Translations under genes and position numbers: made by a program
Assembly: GCF_001194135.2 (NCBI RefSeq)
Contig: NC_068982.1
Location: 45,781,596-45,821,397 of the forward strand
DNA: 39,802 bases
DNA from: Octopus bimaculoides
Taxonomy: Eukaryota
Direction of reading: 5' to 3'
Part shown: positions 22,664 through 34,010 of the stretch, one piece after another
Numbering within the stretch: position 1 is the stretch's first letter
Layout of the letters: every line of letters starts with the position of its first letter
Notes under the pieces: generated by a model
The model's database searches: none
The model's input: only the letters and a program-made list of their open reading frames with translations
Told to the model about the DNA's origin: nothing

Positions 22664-24335
22664 TATAGGAATTGGGAATTAAGTTTAGAGTCTGTGTATG
22701 CGCTGTAGTTAGTGTTATTGTTTAGTTCCAGGAAATCTTTTAGTCAACAGAACCATAATGAAAGCTACTCCAGCCGCGACTAAAGCGTTTCTCCCTTCTG
22801 GCATTGTATATTTATAAACACGGCATTCAACTTAAGCTAAGGAGAAGATCCACTATGCGGTAACTCAGACTTCTAGAAATAGCTGTTAAATTTACTTCAA
22901 ATCGAGTATCGTAGAAACTGGGAATTATGTTTTGTATTTATTGCGACTAAAATGTTTCCTCCTTCAGGAAACACAACATTAATCATAAGCCAAGAAGAGG
23001 ATTCAATATATGGTAGCTTACACTTCTAGAAATAACTACCAAATTTACCTCAAATCAAATGTTATAGGAACTGGGAATTAAGGTTAGAGTCTATATGTTG
23101 TATTTATTGCGACCAAAATATTTCCTCCCTCAGCATAGTATATTTATAAGCACAGCTTAANNNNNNNNNNNNNNNNNNNNNNNNNNNNNNNNNNNNNNNN
23201 NNNNNNNNNNNCGCACATATATACGGCGGGCTTCTTTCAGCTTCTGTTCTAGCAAATCCACTCACAACGCTTTGCCCAAGGTGCCACGCAGTGGGACTGA
23301 AACCTGAACCATGTTATTGGGAAGCAAGCTTCTTACCACACAGCCACGCTGCGCAAACACAGCTTTTAGTGTGTCAGGGAGAGGATTCAGGATGCGGTAA
23401 CTCAAACTTCTAGAAATATCAGCCAAATTTACCTCAAATCAAGTATCGTTGGAACCGGAAGTTATGTTTTGAGTCTATATGTTGTATTTATTGAGAGTAA
23501 AACGTTTCCTCCTCCAGGCATAGTATATTTGAGAAACAACATTCAACATATGGCGAGGAGAGAACCCACTATGTGGTAACTCAAACTTCTAGAAATAGCT
23601 GCCAAATTTACCTCAAATTAAGTATCATACAAACTGGGGATGAAGATTAAAGTCCATATGTTGTATTTATTGCGACTAAAACGTCTCGTCCTCCAGGCAT
23701 AGTATATTTATAATACAGCATTCAACATTTGCCAAGGAGAGAATTCAGTATGCGGTAACTTCAAGAAATAGCTGCCAGATTTACCTCAAATCAAATATCA
23801 TAGGAACTGGGAATTAAGTTTAGAGTCGATATGCTGTATTTATTGCGACCAAAATATTTCCTCCCTCAGCATAGTATATTTATAAGCACAGCTTTTAAAG
23901 TGTGTCAAAGAGAGGATTCACTATGCGGTAATTCAAACTTCTAGAAATATCAGCCTAATTTATCTCAAACCAAGTATCATAGGAATTGGGAATTATGTTT
24001 TGGGTGTATATGTTGAATTTATTGTGACTAAAATGTTCCCTCCTCCAGGCATAGTAAATTTATAAACACTACATTCAGCGTGTGTGAAGGAGAAAAACCA
24101 CTTTGCGGTAACTCAAACTTCTAGAAATAGCTGCCAATTTTACCTCAAATCATATATTATAGGAATTGGGAATTAAGTTTAGAGTCCATATGTTGTATTT
24201 ATTATGACTAAAATGTTTCTTCCGCCAGTCATAGTCTATTTATAAAGACACCATTTAACATAAGCCAAGGAGAAGATCCATTATGTGGTAACTCAAACTT
24301 CTAGAAATAGCTGCCAAATTTACCTGAAATCAAGT
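22664..24335. repeat. ~180-bp tandem satellite, about 9 monomers, interrupted by an N-gap and a SINE
   Basis: Monomer starts (g[c/t]ggtaact) at 22857, 23010, 23394, 23573, 23752, 23925, 24105, 24285; periods 173-180 bp (first 153 bp); recurring ttctagaaatagctgccaaatttacctcaaatc. Confidence 0.95.
23212..23354 (-). mobile_element. SINE family B head inserted in the satellite
   Basis: cccaaggtgccacgcagtgggactgaa...cttaccacacagccacg; flanked by aagcacagctt and aaacacagctt (TSD-like; the left junction is in the gap). Confidence 0.8.
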
Positions 24336-24684
24336 TCACCGCCTGAGAAATAGAAGATGCCTTGGATAGTGTTGTTACATTCACTGATAACAAATAAGCG
24401 TGTTGATTATGGCTGGGTTACTTTTAATCATGGGGTTAAAAATCGTTTTACCAAAATTAAATTTCGCCTAAAGCTGATCAACAATAACAAACACATGTCG
24501 TTTCTCAAAAAGGATGATAGAATCCAAAGTGAGTCCTAGCATGAAACAGGAGCAGGTCAAAAATCACATAGACGTTCCCACGCTGTCTTCTAGGAGTATT
24601 TTCTTCTGAACTTTCCGAAAACATAGTTTCGCTTTCACTTTATTATTTTAATATAGGTCCATGGATACCACTTTCAACTTTTTT

Positions 24685-24898
24685 TTTTTACTTATTTCAC
24701 TCATTTGGCTGCGGCCATGCTGGAGCACCACTTTGAAGGGTTTTAATCAAACAAAGATCCTAAGACATTTTAAAAACCTAATACCTAATATCGGTATTTT
24801 TTTGCCGAACCGGTTGTCAAACGGTGATGTGAGGACAAACACAGGCACGATGACAAATACACACACACACACACACACACATACATACATACATACAT

Positions 24899-24957
<59 letters not shown>

Positions 24958-25036
24958 NNNNNNNNNNNNNNNNNNNNNNNNNNNNNNNNNNNNNNNNNNN
25001 NNNNNNNNNNNNNNNNNNNNNNNNNNNNNNNNNACA

Positions 25037-25096
<60 letters not shown>

Positions 25097-25410
25097 AATC
25101 TTAAGAAATCAGGCTTCTCAAAATCAGAAAGGAGAAAGCTGATTCGAAGACTACAGATCCAACCCATCACTGGAACTGTAAAAATCTGTGTAACTTTCCA
25201 GAAGCATATAATTGAAGTTGTTCGCAAGACATTGCGGAACCCTCATAGGTCGTCTACGACAGGAGATTCCAACAAATTTTCACTCACAAGATATTGGCAA
25301 GAAAGAAGCTATGGCAAAAGACAAGGTGTCGCACTGAGGGATCGAACTGAAGGACCGAACTAAGGGATCGAACTTAAAACCAATTACTTAACCTTCACAG
25401 CCATGCCTAT
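24685..25410 (-). mobile_element. SINE family B split at its internal microsatellite
   Basis: Tail half 24685 to about 24855 (gctgcggccatgctggagcacc...gaggacaaacacag); head half about 25255-25410 (tacgac...cactcacaag...aaggtgtcgcactgagggatcgaac...cacagccatgcct). Confidence 0.75.
25094..25253 (+). mobile_element. RLE-type (R4/Dong-like) non-LTR retrotransposon, extreme 3' fragment
   Basis: TNLKKSGFSKSERRKLIRRLQIQPITGTVKICVTFQKH is 20/38 identical, ungapped, to the C-terminus of the fragment at 30.5 kb. Confidence 0.7.
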
Positions 25411-25798
25411 ATTACCATGTTTGTCTTGTTTATTTTTATGTTCTTTCTTTCTATGTTAAGGTTATTTGATAGTAGTTATTATTTCAAAATATAATAGACA
25501 TAAAATCTGAAATAATAACTCATCCACCTAGACTATAATTGATTATTGACAGCATTTCCTATTTGAGATGAGGCCAAAAAGTCTTGATGTTATAGAAATC
25601 CATAATCTTTGTCTATCATAATAATCAGTTCATTAATCACACATAAATCTTCATGAGAACCATTAGAAAAACAACCCAAAACAATCTTCGAAGAATCTTG
25701 ATGTGACATAATATTCTGGTTAAATCGAAAATCATTTCTAAATTTCACTGATGTAAATCTGTGCATCTTCGAAAACAAACATACAATAGATGTATATA

Positions 25799-25844
<46 letters not shown>

Positions 25845-26752
25845 NNNNNNNNNNNNNNNNNNNNNNNNNNNNNNNNNNNNNNNNNNNNNNNNNNNNNNNN
25901 NNNNNNNNNNNNNNNNNNNNNNNNNNNNNNNNNNNNNNNNNNNNNNNNNNNNNNNNNNNNNNNNNNNNNNNNNNNNNNNNNNNNNNNNNNNNNNNNNNNN
26001 NNNNNNNNNNNNNNNNNNNNNNNNNNNNNNNNNNNNNNNNNNNNNNNNNNNNNNNNNNNNNNNNNNNNNNNNNNNNNNNNNNNNNNNNNNNNNNNNNNNN
26101 NNNNNNNNNNNNNNNNNNNNNNNNNNNNNNNNNNNNNNNNNNNNNNNNNNNNNNNNNNNNNNNNNNNNNNNNNNNNNNNNNNNNNNNNNNNNNNNNNNNN
26201 NNNNNNNNNNNNNNNNNNNNNNNNNNNNNNNNNNNNNNNNNNNNNNNNNNNNNNNNNNNNNNNNNNNNNNNNNNNNNNNNNNNNNNNNNNNNNNNNNNNN
26301 NNNNNNNNNNNNNNNNNNNNNNNNNNNNNNNNNNNNNNNNNNNNNNNNNNNNNNNNNNNNNNNNNNNNNNNNNNNNNNNNNNNNNNNNNNNNNNNNNNNN
26401 NNNNNNNNNNNNNNNNNNNNNNNNNNNNNNNNNNNNNNNNNNNNNNNNNNNNNNNNNNNNNNNNNNNNNNNNNNNNNNNNNNNNNNNNNNNNNNNNNNNN
26501 NNNNNNNNNNNNNNNNNNNNNNNNNNNNNNNNNNNNNNNNNNNNNNNNNNNNNNNNNNNNNNNNNNNNNNNNNNNNNNNNNNNNNNNNNNNNNNNNNNNN
26601 NNNNNNNNNNNNNNNNNNNNNNNNNNNNNNNNNNNNNNNNNNNNNNNNNNNNNNNNNNNNNNNNNNNNNNNNNNNNNNNNNNNNNNNNNNNNNNNNNNNN
26701 NNNNNNNNNNNNNNNNNNNNNNNNNNNNNNNNNNNNNNNNNNNNNNNNNNNN
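25845..26752. other. Largest assembly gap (N run)
   Basis: 908 N flanked by (TA)n. Other gaps start near 6464, 7125, 13924, 19642, 21819, 23161, 24958, 36537 and 39163, nearly all next to simple repeats. Confidence 0.99.
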
Positions 26753-26799
<47 letters not shown>

Positions 26800-26930
26800 C
26801 TGCGTGGGGTGGCTGTGTCTGTGCGTGTGCATTTATGTCTGTATATACATATACATATGTATGTGTTTATATATATCTATATGCATACACACATATGTTA
26901 TATGTATAGACGTACATATTCATAAGTGTA

Positions 26931-26961
<31 letters not shown>

Positions 26962-27413
26962 GCTTGAAACTTAAGAATAATATTGAGTCATTGTTATCAT
27001 AAGATTCTTTTTAGTAAATTAAGAAGCATATTATTGGAAATATAATGTTGGCTAATCGATATTGTATGGCTTTCAAAATAATTTTAGTTTGCGAAAATAT
27101 TTCTACTTTTTACTTTTACAATATAGCTTGCTTACTGACAGTAGCTCTAAAATATCTTCAGTCGGACATTTGATGGGCTACATGCAATCCCAAAGACAGA
27201 TCAGTAGCCAATTTCTTCTTTTGTTGGTCATGTATCTTAATTGAAAAATATATTTCAGGATAACGTAACGTCTGAGTTGTCTTCAGCATTAATTAAAGTC
27301 ACCCTGGATAGCTCTCCTACTTATCAAGAGGCTGGTCTCGCTCAGGGCTCCAACGAGAGAAGTCCCTTGATAAATAGGAGAGAGAAAACTACATCTGGGA
27401 AGGAAAACCGGAT

Positions 27414-27483
27414 CCAAGGGTTACCAAGGATCACGAAGTGTTACCAAGGGTTACCGAAGGTTATCAAGGGTTGTCAAGAGTTC
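27414..27483. repeat. Degenerate 10-bp minisatellite (CCAAGGGTTA) x7
   Basis: ccaagggtta ccaaggatca cgaagtgtta ccaagggtta ccgaaggtta tcaagggttg tcaagagttc. Confidence 0.85.
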
Positions 27484-27719
27484 AGCAGTGCTAGAACCCA
27501 AACCTTAATGGAGCCCTCAGGATGACTATCCACCCTCCACGTACCAGATTGAGATTGCAAAGTTGTGTTACCCGTTTAGTCATCGACAATGTTTGGGGAT
27601 ATGACCTCCAAATTGTTAGCCTATATCACTCAGGGTATAGTTCCTTTTTTAAATAGAGAGCGGATCAACGTAACTCTAATTTTAGTAACATATCTCATGT
27701 GGAAAATATATATTTAGAG

Positions 27720-27880
27720 TATTTCGTTTGTTTTTACGTTCCGAGTTCAAATTCCACCGAGGTTGACATTGCCTTTCATCTTTCGGGGTCGATAAAATAA
27801 ATTCCAGTTGAGCGCTGGCGTTGATATAATCGACCTTACCCCACCTCCGAACTTGCTGGCATTGTGTCAGAAACCAATAT
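27720..27880 (+). mobile_element. SINE family A, headless
   Basis: tttacgttccgagttcaaattccaccgaggttgacattgcctttcatctttcggggtcgataaaat. Confidence 0.85.
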
Positions 27881-27889
27881 ATGTTTGGA

Positions 27890-28085
27890 GTAAGTCAGTC
27901 AAGCCCATCCCACACAGGTTTTGGTTTAGGTAGCAGATCTTCAATGTTTTAGATTGGTTGCGTATCTTTTACTGTTTTCCTAGTGTCCTTTGAAAGTCTT
28001 CAGATCCGAAGTCTTTCACTGTTTTCGGTTTTTGTTCATCTCAATATTGCTTGTTCATGCCAATCATCTAGAAGCCTGAAAATCG
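27890..28085 (-). mobile_element. Heavily decayed RTE-like LINE fragment
   Basis: Pieces in shifting minus frames (MNKNRK; RTLGKQ*RYATNLK; KICYLNQN) resemble RTE VLRM..R...G.R..G.Q..RY.D.LK..C; several indels must be assumed. Confidence 0.3.
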
Positions 28086-28363
28086 TACCCTTATTTCTGT
28101 CTATCTTCATATTCTACAACCTTACTCAAGATACAGTTCTCTATTAATTAAACATTACTACTCTATTGATTAAACTATAACTCTATTAATTAAACACTAC
28201 AAGGCAAGTAGGAGGGTATAATAACGATGATTGAGTAGATTGCTCCTTTAAAACGAAACCATGTGCTTCCATTGGATATCAGATGTTTAAGATTCTGAAA
28301 AAAATTCAGCATAAAAATTGAAATAAAAAATATTTAATACTTTGATCTTGTTTTTAGCACATT

Positions 28364-28725
28364 AAGGCGGACGATTCAGTAGTGTTGTATAGAATCGGCT
28401 CTGAGTTCAGTTCCCGCTGAGGTCAACTTTATCTTTTATCCTTTCGTGGACCATCAGAGATGTATGTGTGTGTGTGTATGTATGTATGTATGTATGTATG
28501 TGTGTATGTATGTATGTATGTATGTATGTATGTATGTATGTATGTTATTGGCGAGCCGGAAGAATCGTTAGCACGTTGGGCAAAATGTATAGCTGCATTT
28601 CGTCCGTCTTTACGCTCTGAGTTCAAATTCATACTTTTCAGGGTCGATAAATGAGTATTAGTCGAGCACTAGAGTCGATGTAATCGAGTAGCTACCCTTC
28701 CCCACGAAATTTAAGTCCTTATGCC
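28364..28725 (+). mobile_element. Two degenerate family-A SINEs separated by (TATG)n
   Basis: ttaaggcggacg...ctctgagttcagttccc at about 28364-28450; ggcgagccggaagaatcgttagcacg...ctctgagttcaaattc at about 28548-28725. Confidence 0.75.
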
Positions 28726-29574
28726 AATATTATTACAACTGAAAATCCTTTATCCAAAATCTGAAAGTTTTTGAACGACACAAGCATTATTATTGCGTCA
28801 CAAATAAAATGCTGACATTTTCAGTTTCCATTGCAACTACCTATAATTAAATTTCACATTTTGTTCTTTTATAAAAATATGTACTGTAACCTTTTAATCA
28901 AAACATGACTTCGTAGGCGGACACTGACAACTTGTCAAACTTTCCATCTCACAGTGTCATCGATGACGATGCTCTCTCTCTCTCTCTCTCTCTCTCTCAA
29001 GCTTCTCAAATCTGACGTAGTTATAATGTCTGGGGCTGCATTTATCTTCAAGTTTATAGGCAGTCTTTATCATGTTTTGTTTCAACGTGTTTTTGCACTG
29101 TCAGCACAAAACGTTATTTTTACGTGAGTTCTTTATTTCACTTCTTCTTATAAGTGTGACATGACTAGAATCATTACCTGTACATTAATTTAATAATAAA
29201 ATATATAATATATAATATTATAAATATATAATAAAATACACCTGACATAAAACCTGATACATGTATAGTAAAAAATAATATACAAATGGCGTGCGTGTAC
29301 TGTAACCTTTTAATTAGGATATGGCATCGTAGGTAGAGACTGTTATCTAAACTTTCAGATGGTATTATGCTCAAAATGCTATCAAAAATTTATATAAACT
29401 ACATACCATGTATATGTAAAAATGATAAACAATAAAATGCAAACGGATATTGTCTTTACAATTGGGTCCCATCCCTAAGCTATCGTATTTTGTAGATGCA
29501 AATATATACATATTCCCAAATCCGATATCCATGTCACGTTCTGTACTTGAAATTTCGGATAACGGATTTCTTAA

Positions 29575-30301
<727 letters not shown>

Positions 30302-30369
30302 GGTTTTAAGTGAATTTCGTCGACGGAAAGAAGGTGGAACCTTGTCGTATATGTATGTCTCCTCTATTT

Positions 30370-30938
30370 TTTAATTACTGTAAATCTTCCACCGAGGAGG
30401 GAGCCGGTTTCCAACAAAGATACAAGGCTCCATCTTTGAGATGTAGTTAACACAGACAAATTCACATTTGGAACTTGAGAAAAGTCTTGCATATTTTTAC
30501 TGTTTCACTCACAGATTGCACTTGTAATGTACGAATTAGCTGGTCGATTTCTCTTTCTGAAAATCTCAGTTTATCTAGATTCTCCTTTAAGCATTTACTA
30601 ACAAAACCTAGTGCTCCAATTATTATTGGTATGAATATGAATTCGTAGTCTGGATATAGAAGCTGGAGGTTTCAAAGCAGTTGTCCATAGACATAGATAT
30701 CCTCTTTTTCTTTGATTTTCCAAGAGATATTTATATCTGCAGCGCAGCTGACCTCTATGATGGTACATATCTTTGCCCCTCAGTCCCAAACAACAATATC
30801 CGGCCTGTCATGTTTACATTTGACAGAAATTTTGATGGGAATATTCCACCAGTATTCCTTGAGTTGGTGTTTATGAATGTATTCCACAGCAGAGGGATTT
30901 TCTAAGTTTGTTTCAGGACAGCCATTTTTGCGGATGGC
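30370..30938 (-). mobile_element. RLE-type (R4/Dong-like) non-LTR retrotransposon, 5'-truncated 3' fragment with endonuclease domain
   Basis: Frame 30938 to 30462: ...EYWWNIPIKISVKCKHDRPDIVVWD*GAKICTIIEVSCAADINISWKIKEKEDIYVYGQLL*NLQLLYPDYEFIFIPIIIGALGFVSKCLKENLDKLRFSEREIDQLIRTLQVQSVSETVKICKTFLKFQM*. H.RPDIVV.D, IIEV and PIIIGALG are restriction-like-endonuclease hallmarks; internal TGA at 30780-82 and 30672-74. Confidence 0.88.
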
Positions 30939-31299
30939 ATGTATGTATGTATGTATGTATCTCTGTACATACATAAATACATACATACATACATACATAC
31001 ATAAGTAGGAATTGTGTGTACAAGTAAATGAATGACTGCTGCTATTATGTTTTGTGCTCCACATAGATTTTTCATAATCCAGTCTGCTTTCTGTATAGTT
31101 GCTAAGTAACTTCTATAGTAAGTAACATTGCTAGTTATAAACTACAGAGCAAATGTATATATAATAAGGATAAACACAAGTTTATATTATGGTTCCTATG
31201 TGTGTTTCACCATTAAGGTTGTTTCAAGCCCTGCAATAGCTGTTCCATGTACATTCAGATGCTCAGCTAGACTGGATCATCAGGGGACACTTTATTACG

Positions 31300-31415
31300 T
31301 GGGTGTACGTGTGTGTGTGTGTGTGTCTTTATGTTTGTCCAACCACCGCTTGAAAACCGATGTCGGTCTGTTTACGTCCCTATAACTTAGCGGTTCGGCA
31401 AAGAAGACCGGTAAA
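31300..31415 (+). mobile_element. SINE family B tail half
   Basis: (TG)n then tttgtccaaccaccgcttgaaaaccgatgtcggtctgtttacgtccctataacttagcggttcggcaaag; likely partner of the head-side remnant at about 30309-30358. Confidence 0.75.
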
Positions 31416-31661
31416 CGGGTATGGTTTGGAAGAAATGAGTTTTTGAAAGTAATAAACTATTTGTAATTGTTAAATCTACTCAAGAGGATTGAGCTACAAA
31501 AAAATCAAAAATATTTATGACATGGAATGAGAATGATGTAACAGCACAAAAGGATAACAAAACAAAAAAAAACAAGAAAAAACGTATTACCTCGTCGGGT
31601 AACGTGTTGCACTTCATTAAAAAGAAATTAATCTACACGTCGACATTGATTTCTGTTTTAG

Positions 31662-31773
31662 ATCATTTGGGTCAAGGCTAAGGCATTATATGTCTGCTGT
31701 ACTGAATAGAAATCTTAATAAAAACCACATATTAGTCGGTGTAGTCGATGACGTACAAAAAAAGAAAAGACGG
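31662..31773 (+). other. Candidate 112-nt coding exon, gene unknown
   Basis: Acceptor gatttctgttttag, donor CGG/GTAAGT; one frame open throughout: SFGSRLRHYMSAVLNRNLNKNHILVGVVDDVQKKKRR. No homolog recognised. Confidence 0.3.
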
Positions 31774-32270
31774 GTAAGTCACAGCTTTAGTATGTTTGTG
31801 CATAGGTTCATTAGATCGAGGCTGACCAAGAACTAAACAACAGGAACGACAAGGAATGAAGTGACACACGGGATAATGTACTTTTTGATAGACTATGTCC
31901 CCAGAAACCATGGGAATGTCATGAGTGAAGTGGCTTTAGCTAGAAGACAACTCGACCATGAATGACCGCGAGCTAAAGGAAAACCCTGACAACGGACAAA
32001 AGTGCTTCTATTTTTTTAAAATCATGTTTACACTACTTTGTTTTTTACTGTTGTTTTTCTTTTTTTCCGAGAGAATTCAGAGACAATATCAGTACAAGTA
32101 ACATTTGAATACCGAAAGTGATGGAGCATAAGCAAATTGCTCACTTAACGTACTACAGAGCAGCCCAAAAGTCACAGAGAGATCTAAAAAGTTTAATAAA
32201 TTTGCTTCAATTACATTTTTTGATTTGTAATTTACAAAATGCGACTCTTCACTCCTAATGTACATTTATA

Positions 32271-32306
<36 letters not shown>

Positions 32307-32344
32307 TGTATGTATGTATGTATGTATGTATGTATGTATGTATG

Positions 32345-32640
32345 TATGGATGGATGAATGATGGTTGTGTACTCCTTATACAGAGTTTGACCACCATCAT
32401 GGTATCTGATGTGGCTTTTTAATCCAGACAATGTTCTGAAAAGACACCCACATAGATTGCACTTCTGATTTGGACCACCAAGTGCTACAGATAAGTTCTA
32501 CTCTTTGTGGCTCTTAAGATGTCTCTTGAGACTCCCGTTGGATTTGCAAACCTTCTGGCATACACAGCATTCAAAGGTGTGCACAGATATATAGGCAAAA
32601 TAGTTGGTGTAGGTCTGTTTTCCATACTATATGAGGTGCT
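32345..32640 (-). mobile_element. Probable RTE-type LINE 3' end carrying two C2H2 zinc fingers
   Basis: Minus frame HTFECCVCQKVCKSNGSLKRHLKSHKE*NLSVALGGPNQKCNLCGCLFRTLSGLKSHIRYHDGG; fingers at 32507-32575 and 32399-32461; no TGEKP linker; followed closely by a (CATA)n tail. Confidence 0.65.
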
Positions 32641-32664
32641 ATTTCTTTTCTTTCTTTCTTTCTT

Positions 32665-32849
32665 TCTTTCTTTTATTTGCTTCAGTCATTTGACTGCGGC
32701 CATGCTAGAGCACCACCTTTAGTCAAACAAATCGACCCCAGGACTTATTCTTTGGGGGTCTTTTAACGAACGGCTATGTTACGGGGACGTAAACACACCA
32801 ACATCAGTTGTCAGGCGATGATGGTGGGGGGACAAACACAGACACACAA

Positions 32850-32887
<38 letters not shown>

Positions 32888-33025
32888 GACGGGTTTTTTT
32901 CAGGTTCCGTCTACCAAATCCACTCACAAGGCTTTGGTCGGCCCGAGGCTATAGTAGAAGACACTGAACTCAGAACCATGTGGTTGGTAAGCAAGCTACT
33001 TACCACACAGTCACTCCTGCACCTA
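32665..33025 (-). mobile_element. SINE family B, near full length
   Basis: gactgcggccatgctagagcacc...ccgtctaccaaatccactcacaaggctttggtcggcccgaggctatagtagaagacac...ttaccacacagtcactcctgcacc. Confidence 0.9.
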
Positions 33026-33106
33026 TATTATTGTAAATTTAAAACAACAAAAATGAATTATTAACACTCTTGTGACTTTTGGGCCACCCAATATTTATTC
33101 CTGCAA

Positions 33107-33270
33107 AAGGTGTTCGACAAGTAGAATCGGTAGGGCGTCAGATAAAATATGTTGCGGTTGTGTTCTGGATATTTACTAAGTTCAAATTCTATCGATGTCA
33201 ACTTAACATCCTTACGTGGTCAATGAAAATAAAGCCCCAGTAATGTGTTGGGGTTTATTTCAATCGACTG
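33107..33270 (+). mobile_element. Old, degenerate family-A SINE
   Basis: aaaggtgttcgacaagtagaatcggtag...ctaagttcaaattc...tggggtttattcaatcgact. Confidence 0.55.
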
Positions 33271-33704
33271 ATGATCAATGCCGACGCATAATACGTGGTT
33301 CAGTAGAAATTCTTGCCCAAAGGGGCAGCTTCAAAAGTAGGTGAAGTGACTCGCCTGTTGGAGTACATTAGGGCCTCATGAATATTATATTTATATAACT
33401 GTAACACAATATATTAATACTGATATCACACACAAGCGCGAGCACAGCATGTAATCGTCTCACACATGTGCACACCCACACACATCCACGCACATGCACA
33501 CACGCACGCGCACACACAAACACACACGCACGCGCACACACAAACACACACGCGCGCGCGCACACAAACAACCATTGCATTTGAAAGCAGCGTCGATCAT
33601 AGTGAAAGGGTTAAAGCAAATGACAAACATCCAAAAGATATTCTCAATTTTCGTCTGTGAAAAAGACTTAAATATTTTTCTTGCTTCTATTGTTACTGTT
33701 GTTT

Positions 33705-33800
33705 CTGATGACGATGACGATGATGGCAACGATGATGATGATGATGATGATGAAGATGGTGGTGATGACGACAGCATTGATGATGCTGATGATGTTATCT
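33705..33800. repeat. (GAT)n microsatellite
   Basis: gatgacgatgacgatgatggc...; source of the poly-Asp and poly-Ser ORFs. Confidence 0.9.
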
Positions 33801-33804
33801 AACC

Positions 33805-34010
33805 TCAAGTAAGCCGTGACTAAGCAGAGTAATGATTAAAGTCATTCCAGCTGTGCGCATGCCATCTCGTTCTTATTTACCAAGAAACCAAGACTACATT
33901 ATTTGAACGTGTCCATTTTTTTTTTAATGTTTAATGTTAAAGACGGTAAGCTGTGATTCGATAAAAAAAGATTTAGTTACTATTTCTAGCAGGTGAAACG
34001 ACGACATAGG
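33805..34010 (-). mobile_element. Dispersed repeat family E
   Basis: Reverse complement cacctgctagaaatagtaactaaatc...gaatcacagcttaccgtc, collinear with the copy at 1565-1755. Confidence 0.55.

Noticed and set aside
22664-24335. Array as a CRISPR-like repeat-spacer locus
   Set aside because: Whole monomers are homologous end to end, with no unique spacers and no cas-like ORFs; it is a satellite.
25738-26974. 364-394 aa ORFs, and similar ones at 13695-14323, 21568-22341 and 36379-37127
   Set aside because: Open only because they cross N-gaps and (TA)/(CA) tracts.
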